This document shows, piece by piece, positions 21,208-31,784 of a stretch of DNA of 64,000 nt. A program made the translations under genes and the position numbers. Source of the stretch: a virus; the IMG/VR virus record IMGVR_UViG_3300014720_000019, positions 43,116 through 107,115 of that record; one strand, given 5' to 3'. The notes below the pieces were generated by a model. The model did not search any database. It saw only the letters and a list, made by a program, of their open reading frames with translations, and had not been told where the DNA came from. The first letter of the stretch is position 1. Each line of letters begins with the position of its first letter.

Positions 21208-21558
21208 ATGTTTATACCAGCTACTAAATACATAACAGAAGGATTTGCCATATATCTAATACCTAAAACAGATAGTCAAATAGCCACTATAAAAATTACC
21301 TATTCAGATATTAATCCAATACTAGATTGGCTCAAATGCAACAAACAGCTAACTATATATGAGGAGGACATATTAATACTAAGAGAGCCAAGAATAGTAA
21401 CTATTAATTACACTCTTATAAAAGGCTTTTACACCATAGATGTATCCTACAAACAAGGCTTATACATTGTTGATAATGAATCAATAACAATAGGTCTAGT
21501 AAAAGATGAAAAGACAGTGCATATTAACTTTCCACAATCAGCATATAAACTAATATAA
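21208..21558 (+). CDS. Hypothetical protein
   Basis: 116-aa ORF in operon. Confidence 0.6.
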   Translation: MFIPATKYITEGFAIYLIPKTDSQIATIKITYSDINPILDWLKCNKQLTIYEEDILILREPRIVTINYTLIKGFYTIDVSYKQGLYIVDNESITIGLVKDEKTVHINFPQSAYKLI

Positions 21559-21562
21559 CAAC

Positions 21563-21922
21563 ATGTTTGATATAAAAGGTACTACAGATATTGAGTTAGA
21601 TAATAGAGGAGATATAATACTTGAGACAACACCTAACTCATTATTTAGAAAGGCATTATTAACACCTAAAGGTTATATATCATATGAGTATGCTCCTGAC
21701 TCTACTATTGATAGTAACTATGGTAATAATGTTTATTACAAGATTAGAGAGAATATAAACACTGATGTAATAGCAACATTAAATGATGATGTTAGAGATG
21801 CTGCATCCTATGTTAATGTGCCAACAAAGAACATACAAGCATCAGTTGATTCTTTAGCAACTATAAACTATCTAATAACATATACAGACACATCTACACA
21901 GGAGATAACAATAAATGTCTAG
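21563..21922 (+). CDS. Baseplate wedge/sheath initiator (gp25/W-like)
   Basis: DIELDNRGDI...LLTPKG...NYG pattern, directly before baseplate J. Confidence 0.7.
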   Translation: MFDIKGTTDIELDNRGDIILETTPNSLFRKALLTPKGYISYEYAPDSTIDSNYGNNVYYKIRENINTDVIATLNDDVRDAASYVNVPTKNIQASVDSLATINYLITYTDTSTQEITINV

Positions 21923-22976
21923 AACAATTGAACAGATATTAGATGATATAAAACTTCAGTTTAGAGATGGCCCCTTACAAACAGCAGCTAATAACAGGGG
22001 CAACTTATACTCTTTAATAAGGGGTATAGCTATATCATGTTATAACCAAGAACAAATAATAGAAGAGTTATTAAATACTAGACTAGTAACAACAGCATCA
22101 GGTGTTAATTTAGACATATATGCTAATAACTATGGTCTTATTAGAAGACAAGGTACAAGTGCATTTGGCTCTGTTATTATTAAGTCAACTGAGGATTTAG
22201 TATTGCCATCTAGAACATTACTACAAACACAAGATGGACTATTAACCTATGAAACAGTGGCAGCAACAAGACTACCAGCTAATAAGGAGATAACGGTTGA
22301 CATTGCATCTATATCTAAGACCTTTGAAGCAAACCTATCAGCCTCATCCGTTCTTATATCCCCTATATATCCAAAGTTATTTATTCAAGTTGGTAAGTTT
22401 AGAGATACTAGTAATATTATTATTGGCTCATTAAGTGGTGGTTCAAGTGTTGAGTCTGATAACTCATTAAGAGATAGGTTATCTATTTATATTAATAATA
22501 AAGGCATAGTAACCCTGCCATCTATTAAAGCATTAGCACAGAACTATGTTAGTGATGTCTACTTTGTTGAAGGAAGACCAGCCCCAGGATATACAACAAT
22601 ATATGTAAACACACAAGATCAATTAACAATTGACCTACTAACTAATAAGTTAAATGAGATAAAACCTATTGGCACCTTATTAGTAATTGAACCAATACAA
22701 TACCAACAAGTAGATATTATAGTAGAAGTGACATATACAAATAACATTACTGACTCCTTATCTATTATTAACAGTAGTGTTAAACAAGCTATAAATATAT
22801 ACTTTAATAGCTTGTCAATTGGAGATACTTTAATATTAAATAACTTGTCAACTTTTATTAGTTCATATACTGGATATATTAATAGAATAGTTAAACCATC
22901 AACTGATTTAACACCTCTAATTAGTCAGTATTTATTGATTCCAAATGAGGTAAAAATTAATGTTAAATCAAAGTAA
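21915..22976 (+). CDS. Baseplate J-like protein
   Basis: TASGVNLD...YGLIRR.GT.A.G; GGSSVESDNSLRDR; KPIG. Confidence 0.88.
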   Translation: MSRTIEQILDDIKLQFRDGPLQTAANNRGNLYSLIRGIAISCYNQEQIIEELLNTRLVTTASGVNLDIYANNYGLIRRQGTSAFGSVIIKSTEDLVLPSRTLLQTQDGLLTYETVAATRLPANKEITVDIASISKTFEANLSASSVLISPIYPKLFIQVGKFRDTSNIIIGSLSGGSSVESDNSLRDRLSIYINNKGIVTLPSIKALAQNYVSDVYFVEGRPAPGYTTIYVNTQDQLTIDLLTNKLNEIKPIGTLLVIEPIQYQQVDIIVEVTYTNNITDSLSIINSSVKQAINIYFNSLSIGDTLILNNLSTFISSYTGYINRIVKPSTDLTPLISQYLLIPNEVKINVKSK

Positions 22977-25023
22977 TTACTATTTTAATTTACTACTAAC
23001 ATATTTAGATCAGGGCGGTAATAATATATGGTGGTCAACTAATAAGATTAAAACAACAAAGCCTACAGCACAACTTGTTGTAACTGGACAAGGTATAGAA
23101 GATGGATGTATAGAAGAGGATTGCATCCCTATTTGCTCAGAGATTATAGAGAATGAGCAGCAGATATTAGAAGAGATAGTTGGCACCCAACAATTAATAT
23201 ATCCAACATTTAATATATCTAATACACTATCAATTAAGTTAAACAACTTATATCTTATAGACACGCCAAACTACATAGAAGATGAGTGTATTGAATCAGA
23301 ATGCATTGAAGAGTTTGGTATATGGACAAAGGCTATAAAAACTAATAATAAAGTTGTAGTTGAGGATGAGACGTACTATTTCATAAAAGCTAATATTGAT
23401 GGATATGGTTTTGCCTATATATATTCCATATTCTTAATTCATGAAGAAACAGGAGAAGAAATACAAATAGTAAAGAACAAAGGATTATTATCACCTAATA
23501 TTACTATTGAATATGAAGTTCCACAGGGATTTAACGTTGCTCTTGTTATAACTAAGTTCAACATAGAAGAAATAGTAACAACATACAAATTTGTATCTAG
23601 CCCTTTATATTTAAGATCAAATTTTAATACAAATATTGTTTGGGGCCCCTTATATCACAACATAGAAGAAGTATTACTAACAATAATATATCTATTAAAT
23701 ACTGATCTAGATATAGAAGATGATAATAGATTAATATTATATAAAACAAAACAACAAGTACTAACAAATATTCTTCTTCAAACTATACAATCAATTACTA
23801 CTGATAATAGTTATAACTACTCATATATAAAGAATAAAACTAGTCCATCTTTATACAATTTACTAGTAACAAATAACACTGAAGTAATAGATGATATAAG
23901 TATTAATCCCGCAATATATGAGACTCATAATTACATAAAAGAAGAAGAGTCAGATCTTATTATATTGTTATTAACTATTGTACTAGCTCTAACTAATAGC
24001 CCTTTACTACAAATTTATATTGACAAAACAATCTCTATTGATAGTTATAACTTAAAGGAGTTAGTATTAAAAGTAATAGCTTTAACTGAAGCTTATAAAA
24101 TAACTAAGGATATATACATATTATCAATTGCTACAACTACTATAAATCAAATAGAAAAGAGATTTCTAATAACTAATAACAAGTACATTGAATCTCTAAA
24201 TAATCCTATACAGACAATAGAGTCTAAGATTTATGGCGATTTGTTTAATTACTATATTAACAAGACAACTATAACTACTAAAGATTATATTGAATCGGAG
24301 ATAACCTATCTAGCTAATATCAACCTGTATTTGACAGATGCAAAACAAATAATAACGAATAATCCTATTCATCTATTACTACTTAATCTAATAGAAGCAT
24401 CAATATATAAGCCAAACCCCACCTCTCTAATAACTACAGTTACTAACATATCAAATACAAGTTATTTATCATCTAATATATTTGAATCTTATAAACTACA
24501 TAAAAAAGAAGTAATAACAACATTTAAAGATTCTATACCAACTGATTTTGGTTGGTTATCTTCTTCTACTCCTATACTAGACCAAATAATAGAAGCAATA
24601 ACAAAACCAATAATTGATTTATATATTCACTCTAAATATATACAAGATAGTTATATATATAAAGAAGCCCTAATAAATACATATAAAGGATTATTTATCA
24701 ATAGTAAAGAATTATTACCCCTAACTTTTACCAACAATTTAGGACTAATTAGAGATAGCTTATGGCCTGGTAAGTATAGTAATAGCGTTGATTTAGAAGT
24801 CAAAGGATATATAGATGAAGACATTTATGATAGATATAACAATATAAAAAGTCTAGGTATTGAGACAAATCTTATATCTACTATAGATCTTCCAGTTATT
24901 AATAATTTTGATACGTGCATTGATATTATTAAGAAAGAGGACTTTAGATGTCAAGTTGACATTAATGGTCAGTTAATACTACTAACAGATGGACAGTGTG
25001 ATTTAGCGCCGCCAGTACTATGA
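22960..25023 (+). CDS. Probable baseplate wedge protein (frame stays open to 25104 beyond TGA)
   Basis: 687 aa following J. C-terminal IKSLGI motif like P2 gpI-type wedge proteins. Confidence 0.5.
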   Translation: MLNQSNYYFNLLLTYLDQGGNNIWWSTNKIKTTKPTAQLVVTGQGIEDGCIEEDCIPICSEIIENEQQILEEIVGTQQLIYPTFNISNTLSIKLNNLYLIDTPNYIEDECIESECIEEFGIWTKAIKTNNKVVVEDETYYFIKANIDGYGFAYIYSIFLIHEETGEEIQIVKNKGLLSPNITIEYEVPQGFNVALVITKFNIEEIVTTYKFVSSPLYLRSNFNTNIVWGPLYHNIEEVLLTIIYLLNTDLDIEDDNRLILYKTKQQVLTNILLQTIQSITTDNSYNYSYIKNKTSPSLYNLLVTNNTEVIDDISINPAIYETHNYIKEEESDLIILLLTIVLALTNSPLLQIYIDKTISIDSYNLKELVLKVIALTEAYKITKDIYILSIATTTINQIEKRFLITNNKYIESLNNPIQTIESKIYGDLFNYYINKTTITTKDYIESEITYLANINLYLTDAKQIITNNPIHLLLLNLIEASIYKPNPTSLITTVTNISNTSYLSSNIFESYKLHKKEVITTFKDSIPTDFGWLSSSTPILDQIIEAITKPIIDLYIHSKYIQDSYIYKEALINTYKGLFINSKELLPLTFTNNLGLIRDSLWPGKYSNSVDLEVKGYIDEDIYDRYNNIKSLGIETNLISTIDLPVINNFDTCIDIIKKEDFRCQVDINGQLILLTDGQCDLAPPVL

Positions 25024-25096
25024 ATATTACTACAAGAAACAAACTATCCAATAACGCAAGAAACATCAATTCAAGACAACATATTAATAGAAAGTA

Positions 25097-26167
25097 ATGA
25101 GTAACATAACAATTCCTGAGTTACCCTTAGTAACAACAATTCCTCTTAATAGCCTCATACCATTTGAAAATATACAAAATAATGAGACACAAGCTACAAC
25201 CTTATCTACAATCCTATCTAATGTTGTTCCTAGTACAAAGTTATATATAAATAATGTATTATCTGGCACCTATCCAGCTTTAAACATAATAGCTGGATCT
25301 AATATAACTTTAGCTGGATCTAACTCATCTAATTACTATAACCTAACCATTAATAGCACCATACCAAACCCCCTATCAATTGCTAATGTTGGAGGAGGCA
25401 TTCAATTATATAAGAACTTTAATACTAATTATAACTTTAAGACGTTAGTAGCAGGTTCTAATATATCTATTACACCAGATACTGACATAGTAACCATCTC
25501 AGCTACTAATGTTGGTGAGACTAACACTGTTACAACTGTTGGTACAGGCGTATCATTATTTAAACAAAAGACAGGATCAGATCTACAATTCAAATCTATA
25601 GTAGCAGGCTCCAACATATCTATTGATACAAGTAATAACAATCAAATAGTAATTAATAGTACTGGTGGATCTTCTAATGCAACGGGCCAAAATATAGGTA
25701 TTGGCACAGGTAGATTATATGTTAATAATGTGTCATCCGTACTTAGATTCAAAACACTAAGAGCAGGATCTAACATACTTATAAGTGATGGTGCATCAGA
25801 GGTTATTATTAGTGCTGTTACTGGTGGAGAAGGAACCACCACTAACTTAGCTTCTAAGTATATAACAGGACAATCATTTGGCTCTCTTATCCCAAGTAAC
25901 AATCAAGTATTTAAAGTAGTTAATAGTGATCGGTGGGCATTAGCATTACCAAGTGATAGTACAACACCAATTATAAACTTTCTAGCTTTCTATTTAAGTG
26001 GTAGACTATATTTATCTAACAACTTTATTGATGGATTAACTGGCATAGTAGCAGGTACTATCTACTATCTTAACAATAATTCAACATACTCAACTACAGC
26101 TTCTACTGTTGTATTAGGAGTTGGTATAAATACAACAACAATATGGTTTAAACCCTATGCTGCATAA
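25097..26167 (+). CDS. Tail fibre protein
   Basis: Start MSNITIPELP...LIP. Three repeats of G.G..L(Y/F).......FK(T/S)(L/I).AGSNI.I. Confidence 0.75.
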   Translation: MSNITIPELPLVTTIPLNSLIPFENIQNNETQATTLSTILSNVVPSTKLYINNVLSGTYPALNIIAGSNITLAGSNSSNYYNLTINSTIPNPLSIANVGGGIQLYKNFNTNYNFKTLVAGSNISITPDTDIVTISATNVGETNTVTTVGTGVSLFKQKTGSDLQFKSIVAGSNISIDTSNNNQIVINSTGGSSNATGQNIGIGTGRLYVNNVSSVLRFKTLRAGSNILISDGASEVIISAVTGGEGTTTNLASKYITGQSFGSLIPSNNQVFKVVNSDRWALALPSDSTTPIINFLAFYLSGRLYLSNNFIDGLTGIVAGTIYYLNNNSTYSTTASTVVLGVGINTTTIWFKPYAA

Positions 26168-27218
26168 TAGAACATTAGTAATAATAGGGGCAGGGCCAAG
26201 AGGCTTAGCATGTGCCATACAAGGACAAGATATATTTAATAATATATACATCATTGATGATAGTCCCACTACTAGTTGGAGTTCAGTATCAACTGTTGCT
26301 AACTTTGAACTTAGATCACCAATGTCATTTGACCTAGTAACCTATAGTAATAATTATAGAGAATATTCTTTAGGATCAATATTAAACCAAGAAGACATAA
26401 TATTTGACACCCAAGAAGCAATAGAGAGTGACTCTAGAAGACTAAACAGAGTTGATTTTTACAATTATATATGTACTATAAAGTCTATGTTAGAGAGCAA
26501 ATCAAATATCAACTTTATATATAGTAAAGTTATAAGCATATACAACAATAAAGTACAACTAGCTAATAATGATTATATAAAGTTTGACTATTTAATACTT
26601 GCTCAAGGAGTAGTAGAAAGACTAACACCAACAAACTTAAAATCCTACAAACAAGTAACTAACTTAGACATATTAAACAACACATATGACAAGTTATTAG
26701 TAGTTGGTAGTGGACAAGGCGCATATGACATAGCTTCCTACTTATATAACAAGGGCACAAATGTTGGCATTTATATTAACAAACTACCTAAGATACATCA
26801 ATATCCAGCCCCATCTTATAGTATATGGCAGTCAAGATCAGCCCTATCTAACTACTGTGCATTATTACCATCTATTGACTCAAGAAAAAGATATATAACT
26901 AATGTCAAACAATGGGGGCCATCAATAACACCAAACAATGAATATCTACTAACAACAATACCCATATATTTGAATGAAGACATAAAAGATGTTATTAGTA
27001 AATACAATAATAGATACATATGTAGAACAGGTATAACACCTATTAATACATTAGGATTACAACAAACAGATATAACCACTAACTTTAGAGTTAAAGGTAC
27101 TGACATATTTGTAACAGGCCCCTTATCAACCCTATATGATGGACCAAGAGTAAATTCAATAATATCAAGCAGTTCAACTGCAATTAAAATAATGGAGGAG
27201 ATAGATGCAAGTATTTAA
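26157..27218 (+). CDS. FAD/NAD(P)-dependent oxidoreductase, lysine/ornithine N-monooxygenase-like
   Basis: First Rossmann motif IIGAGPRGLA, W...LRSP, R..F..Y, LILAQG; second Rossmann motif VVGSGQGA; IFVTG. Confidence 0.75.
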   Translation: MLHNRTLVIIGAGPRGLACAIQGQDIFNNIYIIDDSPTTSWSSVSTVANFELRSPMSFDLVTYSNNYREYSLGSILNQEDIIFDTQEAIESDSRRLNRVDFYNYICTIKSMLESKSNINFIYSKVISIYNNKVQLANNDYIKFDYLILAQGVVERLTPTNLKSYKQVTNLDILNNTYDKLLVVGSGQGAYDIASYLYNKGTNVGIYINKLPKIHQYPAPSYSIWQSRSALSNYCALLPSIDSRKRYITNVKQWGPSITPNNEYLLTTIPIYLNEDIKDVISKYNNRYICRTGITPINTLGLQQTDITTNFRVKGTDIFVTGPLSTLYDGPRVNSIISSSSTAIKIMEEIDASI

Positions 27219-27735
27219 CTTTAATAGACTAGCAAAAGGTAGAAGTATATTTCTAAAAGGCATAGCCAACTATTTAAAGCAGTCATGTTTTATAACAATT
27301 GGTAGATATTCAGAGTGGACAGATGAGACACAACCACCACTAGTAACAGAACAAACAGCCACTGATGAAGTAATTATATACAAAAGACCTAGACTAATAA
27401 TGCTAGCAACTAAGACTAATTGTGGTGGTATATCATGTGGTAATAAGCTTATTAATGATGATAGATATTATTTAATAGATCCTACTAATCCTTCTATTGT
27501 TGATTCTAAGGCCACTCATATATACATAGAAGGAGATATTAGATATAAGGATTATCTTTGTGCATACTTTAGAACAACATCAATTGTAGTAGGCGCACAG
27601 GCTCCTAACAGTACAGCATTGTTCAAACCAGAACAGATGACTAATAAGGGCCAAGTATATATATCTACAAACCACACAAGAATAACAAGAGAATTAAATC
27701 AAAGACATCTTGTACAACAACTAATAGCATTATAA
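27205..27735 (+). CDS. Baseplate protein (T4 gp8-like N-terminus)
   Basis: ITIGRYSEWTDETQPP motif, typically found just upstream of DUF4815-type genes. Confidence 0.6.
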   Translation: MQVFNFNRLAKGRSIFLKGIANYLKQSCFITIGRYSEWTDETQPPLVTEQTATDEVIIYKRPRLIMLATKTNCGGISCGNKLINDDRYYLIDPTNPSIVDSKATHIYIEGDIRYKDYLCAYFRTTSIVVGAQAPNSTALFKPEQMTNKGQVYISTNHTRITRELNQRHLVQQLIAL

Positions 27736-27752
27736 TAATTTATAAAAAAAAC

Positions 27753-30700
27753 ATGGCACCAATAAATACATATAGAAATGATTTTCCCTCCACTATAAAG
27801 GATGAGTGGATTAAAGTCTTATTTAACAATAACAGACCATTACAATCTAGAGAGTTATTAGAGTTACAAGACTTAGTACATACTAATAGTAAGAAGATAT
27901 TTGACACTATTTATAAGAATGGCACTCCTATATCAGGATTAGATATAACCTTACAACAAACATCTGTATCAGGAGTTAGAACATTTAAGTGTACAGAGGG
28001 AGTTATATACATTGAAGGTCAGTTTATAACAATCCCCTCCTCAACATTTACAGTTGCTAATACAACAGCAGTTGTTGGTGTTCTAATAACAGAGACAATA
28101 GTAACAGAGACAAATGATCCATCACTTAATGATCCAGAGAAAGGTGGGGAGTTATGGGGCGCTGCTGGTGCTTATAGATTAAGATGGACAGCATCAATAG
28201 CAGTAGATGCTTCTTCTATGTATCCTATTGCTAACATTAATAACAATAAAGTAATTAGAATATTACCCACTGATCCAACTAAACAGCTATTAGCTAATTA
28301 CATATATGATGCTGAAGGTAACTTTATTATTAGAGGATTTAACACTAGTAGTATTGCCACATCAACATCCACATCTAACTCTAACAATCTAAACAACTTA
28401 TTACTACAACAAGATGGACTAACTAGTAATATTAATACTATACAAGGTCAGATACAAGCTCTAATTGATTCTAACAATAGACTGAATACCTCCCTATCTC
28501 AGTATAAGCAGCAAATAATAGTACAATATACAACTCAGTTAGCAGACTTAATAGTACAAACTGAAGCTCTTATAACGTCTAACAACAATAGTATTAATAC
28601 TTTAAAAGATAAGCTAAACGTATTAAATACTAATAATAGTCTATTACAACAAGACATTGATGTTGAGAAGAAAACACAAATAAACATAGAGACAGTATCT
28701 ATATCACCTGGCATTGGCTATGTTGAGGGTAATAGGATTGTTAAGACAGATAATACACTATTAACAATACAAAAGAACCTACCAGTATCACAGATATATA
28801 ATGCTGTATTTACATATAATGGCACCTCAGCTTTTACCTCATATCAGTTTAGTATCTTACAATTATCAACACTAATATCTAATAGAAGTTTGATAAGAAT
28901 ACAACTAGCAAACATTGTATTTAATGACGTTGAACATACAATACAAGCTGACATATCACTACCAAATACAATCACTTCAATTGCTGATATAGTTCTATTT
29001 ATAGTTAATGAGTTTAACCAGTCAATCACAGCTACAACATTTACCTCTGCAACCTTATCACTAAATAATAATGATTTACTATCTGTTATTAAACAGAACT
29101 ATGAGGTAATACTTACTAATAGTAGTACTATCACATTTAGATTTATAACACTTAGAAATTCAGCAACAGTGCCTAATATCAATATCTCTCTATTAAAAAG
29201 AGATAGCAATAATACTATTACTGGTGTTGGTGCTGGTATTACTATTACAAAGACACTAACAAGTAATGCATCTTCTACACTTAATGCTTATAAGTTAGGC
29301 TTTACTCCTGTATCAGCTATTAATAGATTAAGTGCCACACTAATAGCTACTAGTAAACCCATCATTAGAGGAGCTGTTCCTGGTACGTCTGACAACCTAG
29401 GACAAGCAACAGTATCTAGAATAATATCAGTTGGTAAAGACTTTACATCTTATATAGAAGGCGTTGATTACAGACTTATTAATCAAAGTCAAATTGATTG
29501 GTCACTACCATCAACCAATGAACCAGCCCCAGGCACAACATACTTTGTAACATACTTATACTCATCAATACTTACTAACAATGTTGATTATGTGTTAAGT
29601 AATGACAGTGTTAAGTTTATTAATAGAACACCAGCAATTGGTCAATCATTCTCTGTTGATTATAGTTATTATCAATCTAAGTCTGGTGTAATAACATTAG
29701 ATAGGGATGGCAATATTGATTATATATTATCAGAAGCTGGTATTAATCCACCATTACCCTCAGTGCCTTCCTACTTACTACCAATTACAACATTTAAACT
29801 ATCAATAAATCAATCAACCTTTCAGTCAATTGGTCTTAATAAGTTTACTAATAAAGACTTATATGAGTTATCTACTAGACTGACACAAGCTGTATTTGCC
29901 TTAGAAGATAAGCCAGAACTAATATCTGATAACTTTCTAACTTATAGTTCTCAAGACTTAGATAATAGTGGTTATACTGCTGCTATATGTCCTAACAAAC
30001 AAGCAATAACTAATGGATATACATACAAAGAAGCATCAATAAACACACCAGAAGCTTCTAGATATATTAATGAGAACTATGTATCATTACCAACATCAGT
30101 TACCCCTGTAACATATATAAAACAGGATAGAATAACAGAGTATAAAGATCTAATAAAGACTTCTTATAGACCTATATTAAGACTTAGTTCTTACTCGCTC
30201 TTCTTTAATAATAATAAAGCAAAAGCCACCCCTTGTAACTCATTTAATAGTAGTAATAGTAAAACTAATAATAGAATTGATATTAATAATCAATCATTAT
30301 TTGGTCTTCTATCAAACAGCTTAGAAGAGGCCCTTACAACTAATAATGCATTTAACTCTAACTCATATGATCAAGAATCAGAGAACTACATATCTAGTAA
30401 CGTATCATTATTACCATCATTATCAATTGATTTATATTTAACAGATTTAGACCCTGCTTCTACTAATTACAAAATCTACATTGATAATAAGTTAGTACAA
30501 ACAACATTAGTATTATTAAATGGCACCTTAGCTGGCACCTTATTAAACACCTTTAAACCTAACTCTAGTGGCAAGGCTACAGTCAGAGTTGTAATACCTA
30601 ATGACATAACAACTGGTACACATACAATAGAAGCTAGAAACACCGTATACTCTATTAGAAGTAAGTTCTCAGTGTTTAATAACCTATTAAATCACATAGT

Positions 30701-31784
30701 ATTTGATGCTACTAATAAGCAAGTAACTAGTGGTTTAATACCTCCATACCTATCAGAAGACAGAGTAATATACACATTAGAACAAACGTTCATAGCAGAT
30801 GATTATTATTGGTTAAATGGCATAGTATTATACACCTCACAAACACCATCAATAGCTGCTGAATTGACCATTCTATTATTAGATGAAGATAGAAATGTAA
30901 TATCATATGGAGAAGCTACAATCTTTCTTAATAACAAAGTTAGATTAAACTTTCTAGTACCATGTTTAATAGAGAGAGATAAGTCTTATATACTGTGTAT
31001 TAAATCACCACAACAAGGCTTTAAGTTTGCCATTGCTAAGATTAATGAGCCAGACATAACAACTGGTAAATACTTTGGTAATCAATTATTTAGTAATGGT
31101 TGTTTATACTACTCACAAGATGGTATTAATAGTCTAGAATTAACAGACTATGATCTAACATATGAGTTAATTAGAGATGTGTTTACAGCTAATACAAAAC
31201 AAGTAAATCTAGGTACATACACTGTAAACTCTATTACAGCATTTACTATTAACACAAGAGATGTAGTACCACCTCTAACATCAATCATATATGAGTATGC
31301 AACAGAGAATGGCATATGGAATAAGTTTATACCTAACAGAGTAACTCAATTAGATGCTAAGTCTAATCAGATATCATTTAGAGCCACACTATTTACTAAT
31401 AGATTAGACATATCACCATTACTACTAATAAAGGGCTCCTCTATTAGTTTTTATTCTACTAATTCTAGCAGTACTATAGTATCTAACTACACATCCTTTG
31501 GTAATAACTATTCAACAGTAACTATTAAGGTTGGATATATTAGAGATAGCTCTTCATCACTAATTGTGTATCACAGTCAACAACAAACTAATGAGACATG
31601 GAAGATTGCAACACTAACAACAACGTCTCTAATTGATGAGAATATAAACTTATATGAGGCTATATATAGAGTTACTTATAACACAGCATCAACTGGCTCT
31701 AAGTATAGAATAGATCTAATATCAACTGACACTGCAAACCCATTAACAATTAAATACATCTATGTCAATCCTCAATTTATCTAA
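27753..31784 (+). CDS. DUF4815/VrlC-like tail fibre or baseplate-attached adsorption protein
   Basis: KVLFNNNRPLQSRELLELQ; DP......GAYRL; GNFIIRG; ISPGIGYVEG; coiled-coil insert; YIEGVDY...IDWS...EPAPGTTY. Confidence 0.8.
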   Translation: MAPINTYRNDFPSTIKDEWIKVLFNNNRPLQSRELLELQDLVHTNSKKIFDTIYKNGTPISGLDITLQQTSVSGVRTFKCTEGVIYIEGQFITIPSSTFTVANTTAVVGVLITETIVTETNDPSLNDPEKGGELWGAAGAYRLRWTASIAVDASSMYPIANINNNKVIRILPTDPTKQLLANYIYDAEGNFIIRGFNTSSIATSTSTSNSNNLNNLLLQQDGLTSNINTIQGQIQALIDSNNRLNTSLSQYKQQIIVQYTTQLADLIVQTEALITSNNNSINTLKDKLNVLNTNNSLLQQDIDVEKKTQINIETVSISPGIGYVEGNRIVKTDNTLLTIQKNLPVSQIYNAVFTYNGTSAFTSYQFSILQLSTLISNRSLIRIQLANIVFNDVEHTIQADISLPNTITSIADIVLFIVNEFNQSITATTFTSATLSLNNNDLLSVIKQNYEVILTNSSTITFRFITLRNSATVPNINISLLKRDSNNTITGVGAGITITKTLTSNASSTLNAYKLGFTPVSAINRLSATLIATSKPIIRGAVPGTSDNLGQATVSRIISVGKDFTSYIEGVDYRLINQSQIDWSLPSTNEPAPGTTYFVTYLYSSILTNNVDYVLSNDSVKFINRTPAIGQSFSVDYSYYQSKSGVITLDRDGNIDYILSEAGINPPLPSVPSYLLPITTFKLSINQSTFQSIGLNKFTNKDLYELSTRLTQAVFALEDKPELISDNFLTYSSQDLDNSGYTAAICPNKQAITNGYTYKEASINTPEASRYINENYVSLPTSVTPVTYIKQDRITEYKDLIKTSYRPILRLSSYSLFFNNNKAKATPCNSFNSSNSKTNNRIDINNQSLFGLLSNSLEEALTTNNAFNSNSYDQESENYISSNVSLLPSLSIDLYLTDLDPASTNYKIYIDNKLVQTTLVLLNGTLAGTLLNTFKPNSSGKATVRVVIPNDITTGTHTIEARNTVYSIRSKFSVFNNLLNHIVFDATNKQVTSGLIPPYLSEDRVIYTLEQTFIADDYYWLNGIVLYTSQTPSIAAELTILLLDEDRNVISYGEATIFLNNKVRLNFLVPCLIERDKSYILCIKSPQQGFKFAIAKINEPDITTGKYFGNQLFSNGCLYYSQDGINSLELTDYDLTYELIRDVFTANTKQVNLGTYTVNSITAFTINTRDVVPPLTSIIYEYATENGIWNKFIPNRVTQLDAKSNQISFRATLFTNRLDISPLLLIKGSSISFYSTNSSSTIVSNYTSFGNNYSTVTIKVGYIRDSSSSLIVYHSQQQTNETWKIATLTTTSLIDENINLYEAIYRVTYNTASTGSKYRIDLISTDTANPLTIKYIYVNPQFI

